Origin: a virus | Taxonomy: Duplodnaviria; Caudoviricetes | Length of the DNA stretch: 51,372 nucleotides | Virus record (IMG/VR): IMGVR_UViG_3300032224_001707 | Span: 1-51,372 of that record | Strand: one strand, 5' to 3' | Shown: positions 1-12,500 of the stretch, in pieces | Layout: every line of letters begins with the position of its first letter | Position numbering within the stretch: position 1 is the first letter of the stretch | Program-made: the position numbers and the translations under genes | The notes under the pieces: generated by a model | Databases searched by the model: none | What the model was told of the DNA's origin: nothing | What the model saw: the letters and a program-made list of their open reading frames with translations, nothing else

Positions 1-1
1 G

Positions 2-1513
2 TATCAAAATAGTGGAACAGCACTTCCAGTTTATATCGGAGGAGGATATACTTCAAATTCTTCTTCAATTTTATCAATTATACCAACAAATACTGCGGGT
101 GCTGGTAATGTTGGTATAGGTACAACAAATCCAACTTCCAAATTGCATATAGTAACCACTGGTACAAACGATGGTATTATTTTAGATGGTTCATCAAATC
201 CAATTTTTGTTCATAGAACATCAGGAACAGATAGAACATATATTACAACAATAACTTCAGCAGGATCTTTCTTTACAGATGCAAGTCAATATGATTTTGT
301 AATTCGTAGTCAAGCAAATAATATTTTGTTTGGTAGAGGAAGTGGAAATTCAACAATGGCAGTTGTTGGAAGTAGTGTAGGTATAGGTACAACAGTTCCT
401 GTTGCTAGATTATCAGTTACTCCGAGTGGATCTGCATTTGATTCTACAAATGCATTAGCTGCATATTTTGGAAAAACAACTGCAAATGGTTATGGATCGA
501 CATTTATAAGAGTTGCAAGAACAGATGCAACCACTACAACAAGCAGTGCTGCAACAGGAACAGAATATACCGATATTGAATATAATTCACTTGGTGCAGG
601 ACCATTTAGATATGGAACATTCGGCGATACAAACATTATAAATGGACTTTCAGCAACTGCCGGAACATATGGTAGTATCAACTTTGTTGCATCTGGTTCA
701 ATAAGAATGGTAGTTGGAGGTGGAACAAATGCTGGAAATGTTGGTATCGGTACAACAAATCCTACGGATAAACTTACTGTTTACGGTGCATTAGCATCAT
801 ATAAAGATGGTGCAAATACAATCCAAACACAAGTTTATTTGGCAAATACAGGCAATACAAGAGCATTCAATGTACAATTAAATTCAGGTGGCACTGGTTT
901 GGATTTGTGGTCTTATAATTCATCAAATGCTTGGTTAAGACATACAACATTTGATTATGACGGTAAAGTTGGTATTGGCACTGCGGCTCCTGTTGCTAAG
1001 TTAGAAATAAGTGGGTCAAGTAATAGTGCTTTATTAAACATTAAATCGCCTATTAGTGGTGCAATATTGTATGTGAGTGGTAGTGGTGCAGTAGGTATTG
1101 GAACTAGTGTTGTTGGGGCATATACATTACAAGTTAGTGGAAGTTTTGGTGCAACAACCAAGAGTTTCATAATTGATCATCCTACAAAAGCAGGTAAGAA
1201 ATTGATTTATGGTTCTCTAGAAAGTCCATATCACGGTATAAGATTGACTGGAAGAGATACATTAAAAGAAGGTAAATGTAAGATACAATTGCCTGATTAT
1301 ATTTATAAATTGATATTGCATGACAGTGTAAACATACAATTAACAGGCATAAAGTGTAACAAAACACTATATATAGATGATATTAATATTCCAGAAAACT
1401 ATTTCACAATTGCATATGATAATGAAATATTTGAAAATTATAAAGATTATGATTTCTTCTGGGATTTTACAGCAATAAGAGCAGACGTACCTGAATTACA
1501 AACCGAAATGTAA
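2..1513 (+). CDS. Tail fibre protein, 5'-truncated by the window edge; GNVGIGT repeats and a C-terminal 'KSFIIDHP...LESP...QLT' domain (possible chaperone)
   Basis: The frame is open from position 2 (YQNSGTALPVY...GNVGIGTTNPTSKLH), upstream of the ORF-track start at 143; Gly/Ser/Thr rich; repeated VGIGT; C-terminal motif typical of phage fibre ends. Confidence 0.8.
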   Translation, partial: YQNSGTALPVYIGGGYTSNSSSILSIIPTNTAGAGNVGIGTTNPTSKLHIVTTGTNDGIILDGSSNPIFVHRTSGTDRTYITTITSAGSFFTDASQYDFVIRSQANNILFGRGSGNSTMAVVGSSVGIGTTVPVARLSVTPSGSAFDSTNALAAYFGKTTANGYGSTFIRVARTDATTTTSSAATGTEYTDIEYNSLGAGPFRYGTFGDTNIINGLSATAGTYGSINFVASGSIRMVVGGGTNAGNVGIGTTNPTDKLTVYGALASYKDGANTIQTQVYLANTGNTRAFNVQLNSGGTGLDLWSYNSSNAWLRHTTFDYDGKVGIGTAAPVAKLEISGSSNSALLNIKSPISGAILYVSGSGAVGIGTSVVGAYTLQVSGSFGATTKSFIIDHPTKAGKKLIYGSLESPYHGIRLTGRDTLKEGKCKIQLPDYIYKLILHDSVNIQLTGIKCNKTLYIDDINIPENYFTIAYDNEIFENYKDYDFFWDFTAIRADVPELQTEM

Positions 1514-1516
1514 AAT

Positions 1517-3208
1517 ATGTCAATTCAACACGCAAATAGAGGAGTAGTAAAAAAAGATTTACAGTTATATTATAACCGTGAATATAATGGCAGCTTCTTA
1601 GGAGAAGCTACAATGAATTTTTTTACTATACCAACAGTTGTAGACGCTTGGGGATCTCATACATCAGTTCGTACATCTACATCAAGTGGTGTTCCTGATT
1701 TAATAGTATCAGGAAATAAACAAGTATATTATACTCCTGAATATTATACTCTCACTGCAACAAGTGCTTGGCAAGCAGAAGTAAATAGATGGTTAGTTTA
1801 TCCAAAACAAGGTAGTGGAGCTAATAGTTATGTTCCTAATGGAGCTTATAATTTTTCTTTTTACGCTCGTAGTTTAAGTGGTAATACTGTATTACAATAT
1901 TCATTTTATGGTATCACGCCAAGATCAACAGCTACTTTAACTACTAAATGGCAAAGATTCAATGGAACTTTTACAATTAATAATGGTCCGTTAACGCTTT
2001 TAGAATTTGGTAATTTAAATGCAGGTAGTATGGTTTGTCAAATTGCTTGTATACAAGTTGAAGCCAAATCATATGCAACTCCATTTACTGTACCTGTTCT
2101 TTGGACTCCAAATTTAGTTAGTGTTACTAGTACAAGTGGTCATACCACAATGACGAAAAATACAAGTGATAGTTGGACAAATTCAAGAGTATATAGTTCT
2201 GAAGGATATAATGAACCGTGTTATGTTAGTTTTAAAGCAAACAACATTAATAAAGCATTAATGGTGGCATTAAATAGTGATCCTGCTACTGGTATAAATT
2301 ATACAAATTTAGATTATGCGTGGCATGCAGATGCAAATGCCATTCCACAAGTATATGAAAACGGTTCACAAATTGCAGTATATAGCACATATACAACATC
2401 GACACTTTTTGAAATAATATATGATGGTGTAAACATTAACTATTATATGGATGGTATATTAAAAAGATCAATCGCAAGATCAGGATCTGGTCCATTGTAT
2501 TTAGATAGTTCTTTTTATAGTCTTAACGCTCAGATTGTCAATTTATCATTTGGACCATTATCACAAATGAATAGATTTTCAAATTATAAAATTGGTGGTG
2601 GTGGTTTATTAGATATAAGTGGAAATGGTTATAATATTGATCTTACTAGTTCTGCGATTGCTTTTGATAGTGGAGGATATTATTTTAATGCAAATGCCGC
2701 AGGAGCTTTAACCACTCCAGTTGCTAATTCCATATTAGATAGCTTAAGTAATAATACTCATACATATGAATGTTGGATAAAATTATTAGGTACACCACCG
2801 GGAGCGTCTGATGGTTATTTTTTTGGCAGACAAGGTTTTCATGAAGGATTTGCGCAATTTAAATCTCCATCAACTACATTTGGAGCATTATCTTGGTATT
2901 TTGATAATGGTAACACTGGATGGTTAAGTTATGCTGGATCATTAAATACATGGTATCATACAGCTTATGTAGTAGATGTTGAAAATTCAATAAGATATTT
3001 ATATATTAATGGAACTTTGAATTCAAACGGTGCTTTAACCAAACAATTAAAACAATATTCTTCTGGAACGGTTTATCAACTTGGATCGGCAAATCCAGAT
3101 TATGCTAGTAACATGATTGTTTCTAATGCAAGAGCTTATAATCGTGCATTAACTGCCGCAGAAATATTACAAAATTTCAATGCAACCCGTGCAACATATG
3201 GAGTATAA
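1517..3208 (+). CDS. LamG/concanavalin A-like tail-associated protein with inserted CBM-like domains
   Basis: LLDISGNGYN, WYHTAYV, YLYINGTL, YNRALTAAEILQNFNA LamG signature at the C-terminus. Confidence 0.8.
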   Translation: MSIQHANRGVVKKDLQLYYNREYNGSFLGEATMNFFTIPTVVDAWGSHTSVRTSTSSGVPDLIVSGNKQVYYTPEYYTLTATSAWQAEVNRWLVYPKQGSGANSYVPNGAYNFSFYARSLSGNTVLQYSFYGITPRSTATLTTKWQRFNGTFTINNGPLTLLEFGNLNAGSMVCQIACIQVEAKSYATPFTVPVLWTPNLVSVTSTSGHTTMTKNTSDSWTNSRVYSSEGYNEPCYVSFKANNINKALMVALNSDPATGINYTNLDYAWHADANAIPQVYENGSQIAVYSTYTTSTLFEIIYDGVNINYYMDGILKRSIARSGSGPLYLDSSFYSLNAQIVNLSFGPLSQMNRFSNYKIGGGGLLDISGNGYNIDLTSSAIAFDSGGYYFNANAAGALTTPVANSILDSLSNNTHTYECWIKLLGTPPGASDGYFFGRQGFHEGFAQFKSPSTTFGALSWYFDNGNTGWLSYAGSLNTWYHTAYVVDVENSIRYLYINGTLNSNGALTKQLKQYSSGTVYQLGSANPDYASNMIVSNARAYNRALTAAEILQNFNATRATYGV

Positions 3209-3211
3209 AAC

Positions 3212-4426
3212 ATGAGTACAGTAAATAATGGGCCGCAAATAGTTAGGAGTGGGTTGGTTTTAAATTTGGATGCTGGAAATGGCAAAAGTTATTCCACAAA
3301 TAGATTCCAAGCTTTAGGAAGTGGGACAATCACTGAAAATGTTACTTTCCCTATCCAAGGAACAGGTACTTTCCAAAGAGTTGCATCTGGAACTGTAATT
3401 GGCGGTTATACTGTAAGGCCAAATGATGTTGTGTATAGTTATGCTTTAGGAGTAACAGGATGCCATTATCATGGAAATACAGCGCCGATTCCTTCTGGAG
3501 TTTATGCTACATTTAGCGTTGATTATTTAATAACAAACGCAACTAATATAGCTACAAGTTATCCAAATAACGTTGTCCTTGTTTATGAAAATTATGGAGG
3601 CAGTGCTTTGAGCGGAAGCACAAGTCTTGCGAACAATTATCAAAATATATGGCAACGGTTGACTTTAATGAATGGACCAACCGCTGGTGTTGGAACGCAA
3701 GCAATGTTTTTATATCCCGGTTTTTGTTCACCGGGCAAATTAGCTGATAGCGGAACAATTTATTTTAGAAATCCAAAAGTAGAATGGACAAATGTTGATA
3801 CTGGAAACAGTACATTCAATTCAACAAGTAATATAGGGTTGTGGTATGATTTAAGTGGTAATGGATATAATGGAACGTTAACAAATGGCCCTACATCTAA
3901 TGTTTCTAATAAAGGAAATATTTTATTTGACGGAACAGATGATTACGTATCAATTACGAACTTCCTTGGACATCAAACCAATACGGGGACAATAATATCA
4001 TGGGCATATCCTTCGATAATCACTAGTGGAGATAGATATTTAGTTGGTGCAGGTGGATCTTTGACATTTGGTGCGACACGGGCAATACGCATCTATAATG
4101 GTTATTGGAGTACTGTCTCTTATGGGTCATCAACTGAAGATTATAACTCTATTGTTGCTGCAACACTTAATACTTGGCAACACGTTGTTTTCGTATGGAA
4201 TCTTACAACCGTCAATTTTTATTTAAATGGAACTCTATATAGTGTTACTCGTAGCGGCATGATTACTCCTTCATCTACTACATTTAGTGTTGGTTGTCCA
4301 CCTTGGAGTCTCGGCAGTAATAGTTGGAACGGAAGAATAGCAAATGTTCATTTATATAATAGAGCATTATCTACATCCGAAGTATCACAAAATTACGAAG
4401 CAACAAAAACAAGATTCGGATTATAA
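3212..4426 (+). CDS. LamG/concanavalin A-like tail-associated protein with inserted domain
   Basis: GLVLNLDAGNGKSY...WYDLSGNGYNGTLTNGP...FDGTDDYV...WQHVVFVW...YNRALSTSEVSQNY. Confidence 0.85.
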   Translation: MSTVNNGPQIVRSGLVLNLDAGNGKSYSTNRFQALGSGTITENVTFPIQGTGTFQRVASGTVIGGYTVRPNDVVYSYALGVTGCHYHGNTAPIPSGVYATFSVDYLITNATNIATSYPNNVVLVYENYGGSALSGSTSLANNYQNIWQRLTLMNGPTAGVGTQAMFLYPGFCSPGKLADSGTIYFRNPKVEWTNVDTGNSTFNSTSNIGLWYDLSGNGYNGTLTNGPTSNVSNKGNILFDGTDDYVSITNFLGHQTNTGTIISWAYPSIITSGDRYLVGAGGSLTFGATRAIRIYNGYWSTVSYGSSTEDYNSIVAATLNTWQHVVFVWNLTTVNFYLNGTLYSVTRSGMITPSSTTFSVGCPPWSLGSNSWNGRIANVHLYNRALSTSEVSQNYEATKTRFGL

Positions 4427-4429
4427 TAT

Positions 4430-6487
4430 ATGGCTTTACAATATTCACCAAAAATCGTGCAAGATAGTTTAGTGATGTGTTTAGATGCATCAAATAATAA
4501 ATCATATCCAACTGATTTGCCTGTAAAAAATGGATTGGCATTGTGGTTAGATGCTGCTGATGACTCTACTTTTAGTTATAGTTCGGGAACAGAAGTAAGT
4601 CAATGGAGAGATAAAAGTGGAAATAATTTTCATGCAAATCAATCATTGTCTTCTGCTCAACCATCTAGAAGTACATTTAACAATAGTAGGAAGAGTATAA
4701 ATTTTGTCGCTGCTAATGCAGAATATTTTTTAATTTCAGCAACTCCAAATCTTGCTATTCCGAGTGATGCTAGTATATTTATAGTTTATAAACCAGCTAC
4801 ACAAAGTAATAATTATGCAGTATTGTTAGATAATTATCATGCTCAAGGTGGTAATTATGGGTTTGTGATTCAAAGAGTTAATAATCTAAGTCAATTTTAT
4901 TATGCGAATGCTGATAGTTCTGGATTTTTAGATACTGCTGCAAGCCCTTGGACATATACTGATAATATTATTCAATTGCTTTCTTTAAATAAATCTTCAT
5001 CTACTGCAATTCCATATATAAGTGGAACTGCTCAAACCGCAAGAACTGTTCGCGCTACTACTGCTCAAAATACCACTGGATTAGTGATTGGCACATGGGG
5101 TCAAGGAGGGCGTAACTATAATGGCGATATGTGCGAGATACTTATTTTTAATAGAGCTTTAACTACCACTGAAATGAAACAGGTCCATACATATCTTGGA
5201 CAAAAATGGGGTATATCTAATACTGATAGAAGTGCGATTGATTTAGTCGGAAATAGTATTGGATCATTTGGTGGGGCGGCAGGTAGTCAAACAGTTGCAA
5301 ATATGCCATCGTTTGATGTTTATAATAAAGGAGCGTTGAGATTTGATGGAACAGATGATTATGTAGTAGGTTCAGTACCAAGTATTGCGGCTTCATCGAC
5401 TGTAGGAATGTGGATTAAATCTTCAAATTATGACGGCAAAATTCCATTTTCTATTGCTGGGGCAACTTATGGTTCTGGACCAAATATTTTCTTTTTTTCA
5501 GGTCTTATAAATTGGAATACTGGAGACGGCGCAGGTAATCCATTTTCCGGTGGTTCTTATCCAGATAGCAACTGGCATTATATAGTAGTAACTAATGATG
5601 CTGCAACAAATGCTAAATTATATATCGATGGAGTTTTAATTGGAACTGCTGCTTACAGATCAACTTTATCTACAAACTCAAATAATCTTTGGTTGGGAAG
5701 ATTTAGTGGAGATAATAATTATACTATAAATGCTAATATTGCAGCCGCTCAACTTTATAATAAAGTATTAAGTGCCGTAGAAGTTGCTCAAAATTACGAA
5801 GCTCAAAAGTCAAAATTTGCAACTACAATAATACAACAAGGGCTAGTATTAAATATAGACGCTGCAAATCCATACTCTTATGGCGGCGCTGGAACTACAG
5901 TCTACGATACAAGTAACACAACCCTATCTTGGACAGCGACCAATACAACTTACAACACAGATCCAATAAAATACTTCTCTTTTAATGGTAGCAATTCTTC
6001 TTTGGTTTCTTCGACTTCTACAGCTTATGATTCTCAAACAATAACAATGGAGTGTTGGTTTTATCCAAATTCATTAACCCAAAATGGATTCCTATTTGAA
6101 AAAGGAGCTGTCAATACTCAATACAGTATGTTTTTAGCTACTGATGGAGCTTTTTATTTTAGAACATTTGGTGGAACAATAAATAATCAAGATACAACTT
6201 TTACTTCTTCTACTTATTTAACTGCGAATGCATGGAATCATATTGTTTGTACTTACAATGGAAGTGCAAAAATTATATATGTTAATGGTGCGCAAGCTGC
6301 GAGTGCGAACGCTTCTGGAACATTAAATACTGGTCAAACAAATCAATACATAGGCAAATATGGTTCGGCTGCAGATAACTATCCATTCAATGGAAGAATA
6401 GCTGAATCAAGAGTTTATAATATTGCATTATCTGCCGCTCAAGTTTTACAAAATTACAACGCTACAAAAGGTAGATTTGGGTTATAA
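4430..6487 (+). CDS. Multi-LamG domain tail-associated protein (three ConA-like domains, one nested)
   Basis: Three endings of the FNRAL/YNKVL/YNIAL type; FDGTDDYV; WNHIVCTYNG. Confidence 0.85.
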   Translation: MALQYSPKIVQDSLVMCLDASNNKSYPTDLPVKNGLALWLDAADDSTFSYSSGTEVSQWRDKSGNNFHANQSLSSAQPSRSTFNNSRKSINFVAANAEYFLISATPNLAIPSDASIFIVYKPATQSNNYAVLLDNYHAQGGNYGFVIQRVNNLSQFYYANADSSGFLDTAASPWTYTDNIIQLLSLNKSSSTAIPYISGTAQTARTVRATTAQNTTGLVIGTWGQGGRNYNGDMCEILIFNRALTTTEMKQVHTYLGQKWGISNTDRSAIDLVGNSIGSFGGAAGSQTVANMPSFDVYNKGALRFDGTDDYVVGSVPSIAASSTVGMWIKSSNYDGKIPFSIAGATYGSGPNIFFFSGLINWNTGDGAGNPFSGGSYPDSNWHYIVVTNDAATNAKLYIDGVLIGTAAYRSTLSTNSNNLWLGRFSGDNNYTINANIAAAQLYNKVLSAVEVAQNYEAQKSKFATTIIQQGLVLNIDAANPYSYGGAGTTVYDTSNTTLSWTATNTTYNTDPIKYFSFNGSNSSLVSSTSTAYDSQTITMECWFYPNSLTQNGFLFEKGAVNTQYSMFLATDGAFYFRTFGGTINNQDTTFTSSTYLTANAWNHIVCTYNGSAKIIYVNGAQAASANASGTLNTGQTNQYIGKYGSAADNYPFNGRIAESRVYNIALSAAQVLQNYNATKGRFGL

Positions 6488-6529
6488 TTAGTGTTTGATT
6501 ATGTAATTTATGTTCTATTTATATGATAT

Positions 6530-9500
6530 ATGGCTGATGTAATCATAACACCAAGTGCGGGTAAAATTGAGTTTATTGACAATTCGGGTCAATCTTCAAT
6601 ACTATATAGTTTTAGTTTAGATTCAACCAATGGTATTAAACTTAACGCACCTTTTTCTACTTCAGCCATAATTGCACCATCAATTACTGCATCTGTTATA
6701 TCCGCATCAGCTTTAATTGTACCAGCAATTACTGCCTCGGTTATATCCGCATCAGCTTTAATTGTACCGTCAATTACTGCAAGTAATGCTATTATAACAG
6801 GTAATTTAACAGTTACAGGAAGTATATTTGCATCGACATTTAGTGCAAGTAACATTTATATTACATCCAGTACTTTGACGGTAACGGATAATATAATTAC
6901 AATGAATGCTTTGAGTCCGTATCAAAGATATGCTGGCATTCAAATGTATGATAGTGGTAGTGGAACATTAAGCAATTTGCTTTGGGATGGTGACGGAGAT
7001 TATTTTTTCTTGTCAGGAAGTAATGTTAACGGTAAAATTATTACTGGTCCTGACGGACAAACCAATTTAAGTTCTAACTATATTCCTAAAGCTACTGCGG
7101 GTTATAAATTAGGAAATAGCTTAATTTATGATAATGGTACAAGTTTGGGTATTAATACAACTACCCCTACTGCCAAATTAGAAATTGCTGGTGGAACATT
7201 AGCATCACAATCAGGATCATCAATTTCAATTGGTACTTTTAGTGCAAATAATGGTAATTCAGGTTATCTTAGTATACTCGAAACTAGATTTGCTACTGGA
7301 AGTGATTGGCAAACTACAAGAACAAGAATTCAAAAAACTACAGATGTTACAAATCAAGCCTATATTGATTTCAACCCATCTGGAGCATTGTATGGATTCG
7401 CAATTGGAACTGGTGCAGGTGGCAATGAAAGATTAAGAATCGATAGTTCAGGCAATGTCGGTATAGGTACAACATCGCCAACTAATAGATTGCATGTTAG
7501 TGGAAGTCATGTCACTAATAATGGTATGATTAGATTTGAATCATCAGATTATTCTATAATATCATTAAAATCTCCATCAACTGGTGATGGTGCAGCTGGT
7601 TATTGGGGATTCAGAGCGCAAGATACCAGTAATAATGATTTGATGTTTTATGGTTATAGATATTTACCAACATTCTCTGGTTTTTGGATAGATCCTGATT
7701 TTGGTGGTAATATTACAAAAGGATTTTTTGTTAGACGAAGCGACGGCAGTGTTGGTATAGGAACCTCTTCTCCAAATAGTAAATTGCATGTAAATAGTAG
7801 CGGTTCACTTGTTTCAGGTTCAGTTGTATTCAGAGTAGAAGGTACACAAGGTTCATTGTTTAGTGTTGACGATACATTAACTGGTTCATTGATGAGTGTT
7901 AATGATATTACAGGATTACCTATACTAGAAGTATTTAGTGATGACAGAGTTGTAATGGGTACGTTTAATTCAAATACTTTGGTCGTTACTGGAAGTAGAG
8001 TTGGTATTGGTACAACAAGTCCAAATACAAAATTTGAAGTAAGTGGTAGTGCCGCTTCAATTATACAAGCAATATTTCAAACACAAGATGGCAGTGGAAA
8101 CATTGCTTATAATGGTGGTATACAATTAGGAAATGCGGCTACCAGTCAAAATTCACAAATTTATCATAGTTCTGCTGGTGATAATACATTAACATTTGTA
8201 TCAAATTATAGTGGTGGTACTGCAAATAAATTTGTATTTTCTCCTGGTGGAACTGAAAAAGTTAGATTTCAACAAAATGGTAAAGTTGGTATTGGAACTA
8301 CTGTTCCTACATCGTCATTACACATCAAACCACAAGCTTTAGGCGCAGATTTATTAATCTTAGAAAGATATGCATCTCAAGCTAAATTGGTATATGCTTA
8401 TGAATATGCGGCGGATGGTTATTTGGAAGTAAGAAATGGTTCAGATACAATTGTTTCAAAAATATCAGGTTATGCACCTACAGCAACTTATTTTCAAAGT
8501 AGTGTGGGTATAGGTACAACAAGTCCAAATGCAAAGCTTGATGTTAATGGAAATGCAATAGTCACTGGATCATTGACTACAACAAGCACAATTGTTGCAC
8601 GCAATTATATAATGGCTACAGATACACTTTATATTCAAAAAGGTGTCGGCGGATATCAGAGTTATATCACAGCAGAACAAACTGCAGCAGGTACTGGAAA
8701 TTCATTTAAATTTTGGAATTCTGGTACAGGTACATTGATGACCATCGCATACGACAGTAGCGTTGGTATAGGTACAAGTAGTCCAGGCGCATTATTAGAT
8801 TTATGGAGTTCTGCTGCGAGAATAAAGTTTAGAAGAACCAGTTCATATGACATGAGTTTTGGTATTCATGATTCTGCGACTTCTGCGTTGTCTATAAAAA
8901 ATTCTGCGGATGCATCTACTCTTTTCTATGTTCAATATGATGGAAATATTGGTATTGGAACAACTTCACCACAATATCCCTTGGATATTAGCGGATCTAA
9001 TATTAGATCGTTTTCAACCGCAGGTGCAGCCGAACCAGGATTTATAGTTGATTATCCAAGTTCAAATGGTTATGGCGGATTCTTTGTTCATGTAAATGGT
9101 ACAAGAAGATGGAGAATTGGTAGCGTCGGTGATACAAATGTTCAACCAGCACTTAATTTCTGGCAAGAAGGTACAGGTTCCAGAATGATTATTGCTAATA
9201 ATGGCAATGTTGGTGTAGGAACAACAAGCACATCACAAAAATTAGAAGTTAACGGTAATATCGCATTACAAAATTCAAATACCATATTTGCAAGAGACAC
9301 TAACGGTGCTTTAAGAACTGTTTTGTATGGAAGATTTACAGACAATGCAACGTATTTAGACGGTGGAACTGGTGGATTATATATAAGAACCAATGATGCT
9401 AATACAACAGCAATGTATATAAATGCATCGGGTAATGTAGGTATAGGTACAACATCATTTGTTTATGGTGCGGCTAATCGTGGATTGTTGGAAGTATATG

Positions 9501-12500
9501 GTAGTTCAGATGCATTAATTGCATTAAGAAATGCTACAGCAAATTTTTATATTCAGAAGTCAGGTAATAATTTTGCAATGGTCAACGGTGGTGCCGGATA
9601 TATGACATTTAACAATAATGGTTCTGATAGACTATACATTGATAGTAACGGTTATATTGGTATAGGTACAACATCATTTGTTTATGGTGCGGCTAATCGT
9701 GGGTTATTAGAAATATATGGCAGTACTGATGCATTAATTTCATTAAAAAATTCCTCTACTAATTCTTATATTCAAAAATCAGGAAATGATTTTTATTTAA
9801 ATAATGGTGGAGCTGGATTTATTTCTATTGCAACCAATAGTTCTGAAAGAATGCGTATCACATCAACTGGACTAGTTGGTATAGGAACAACTGTTGTATC
9901 TGCATCATTGCATGTAAACTCAACTACATCTGGTGCAACATTATTAAGAACCGATGGTACAAATGGAACATTATTTAGTGTTGTTGATGATTTGAGTGAT
10001 AGTTTGATGTCGGTCAATAATAGTGCTGGTTTACCTGTATTGGAAGTATTTGCGGATGATAGAATTGTAATGGGACAATATGGACAAAATGATCTTATTG
10101 TCAGAAATAATAAAGTTGGTATAGGAACTGTAAATGCAAATGCTAAATTAGAAGTAGTTGGATCTTTAATAGCTGGTGGCGTTGATAATGGTTCAGTTAT
10201 TTTTTATAGAAATACAAATCCAGCGACTATTGGTACTACAGATACTGTTTTGCTTGTTACTGATAGATCAAATTCTGATTGGGGAATAATGATTGATAAA
10301 GCTGGATATGATTATGGATTAAGAATACAAACTTCTAATGGAGCAATAAATGCATTTGCTGTATATGATGGATCGACTTATAATGCTAGAATATATGGTA
10401 CAGGTGGTGGATATTTCTTGGGAAATATAGGAATTGGAGTATCGACAGCTCTTCAGAAATTAAGCGTAACTGATACATTATCAATAACAAATAGCGCTGG
10501 AATTCAAAATTTATTGATGGGTAATCAGGACTCTACAGGAGTTAATAATCCAGCGATAATTCAAGCTGCAAATGGAGCTTTGTCTTTTGGAGGTGGCACT
10601 TCTTGGTCTGGCTCTGGCGGCACTTTTACATCTACGATGTTTTTAAGTGACGCTGGAAACGTTGGTATAGGCACAACAACTCCTCTTGGAAAGTTACATG
10701 TATATGGTTTATTGAGAGTTGGTGGAGCTGTTAATGAACAAACTGGAATAATCGCTTTGGGTAATGATACTAATGTAGTGGGAACATACGGTGATAATGG
10801 TATGTTTAGAGGAGGTATTGGAACACTAGGCAGTGCAAATTATACAAATATTTCCAGTTATCAAGGTATTGTTTTTAATGTTGGTAATGCTGGATTTGGT
10901 TCTCAAGCTACCAGAATGATCATTGATGTAAATGGTAATGTTGGTATAGGTACAAGTAGTCCTGCTTATTTATTGGATGTTAGCGGAAGCAGTAGATTTG
11001 GATATAGAACGATTGATAATCACTATTTCACTGGAAGTGTAAATTTAAACAGTGCATTAACTGTTGGTGGATTAACATATAATGAATCAATTCAAGTTGA
11101 TCAATTTGATTATTTTCAATTACAACCATATGTTGAAGCCGGTGCATTTCCATCAAATGTATTACAAAGAAGCGGTGGAACAACACCAACATTTACAACA
11201 TATACTGGTTCTGCTGCTCCATTTGGTAAGGTATTATATAATACAGGTTATTATGAAGCAATAGGAGATTATATTCCTGTTCAAGCGGGTGAAACATTAT
11301 ATGGTGAAATTTGGGCATTAAGAGAAACAGGCGCAACTGGAACAGCTGGTGGATTCTATTGCGGTATTGCTAGATATGATAAAGATAAAAATCCAATTGA
11401 TGGTAATCTAGGGTTGACATATTTTATTACTAATAATACTGGAGTTACTGTTCCATCAAATAGTACGTGGACAAAATATAGTGGAACTACTACTTTACCA
11501 TTAACACATACGCCTTATGGTGCAAGCGTAACAAGTGATGGTGGACCTGTAAGGTATATTCGTCCATATGTCATTGTTAATTATAATACAGGTACAATAC
11601 CAACATTTTGGGGTGGATTTAAGATAAGAAAAGTACAATTAACAAGAGATTCAGGAAATGTTGTTGTAAATGGTAATCTTGGTATTGGTATGGTAGGAGC
11701 AGCTGGACAAACATTGACGGTTGCAACTTCTTCTAGAATAACTGAAGGAGCGTCTAGTACAGGCGTTTTACAATTTGGTCTAGCTGATACATTAGTAGGA
11801 TATAATGCAAGTACATTTAACATTAGAACGTATGATGGTTCTGGATATTTTGAAGCATTAAGAACAAACGGATCATCAAGATATACATTATTAGCACCAA
11901 CAACAGGAAGTGTTGGTATAGGTACAACTGTTCCTGCTTATAAATTGGAAGTTTATTCTGGTGCAAAAACATCAGCATTTACTGGCTTATCAATTAGCAA
12001 TTTTAATAATTACGATGGTACAGCAGCGTCTCTTGTAACTTCTCAATTACGATTTGCAATTCTTGAAAATGATACAGGAACATACAATGCTCCTGCAAGA
12101 ACATTTGCAATATTGGAATCTGGTAATGAAGCAAATAATAGTTCAAGTGATGGATTTTTTGCAATTTCTACAAGAAGAAATGCTGTTGTTGCTGAAAAGT
12201 TTAGAATTACATCAACAGGTAATGTTGGTATAGGAACAACTGTTCCTACTGCTTTATTAGAATTGAGTAGTAGTACCGCAGCAAGTTTATTGAATATCAA
12301 AGGTGCTGGTGGCAATGGTATATTATTTGTAAGTGGAAGTGGTGCAGTAGGTATAGGTACAACTGTTCCTACTACGCCATTGCATGTAGTTGGTGTCATA
12401 AGTGGTAGTAGTTTTAGTGGTGCTGGTACAGGTTTAACAGGTACTGCTTCAAGTTTAACTGCTGGAACTGCTACAAATTCTACACAATTAGGTGGATATG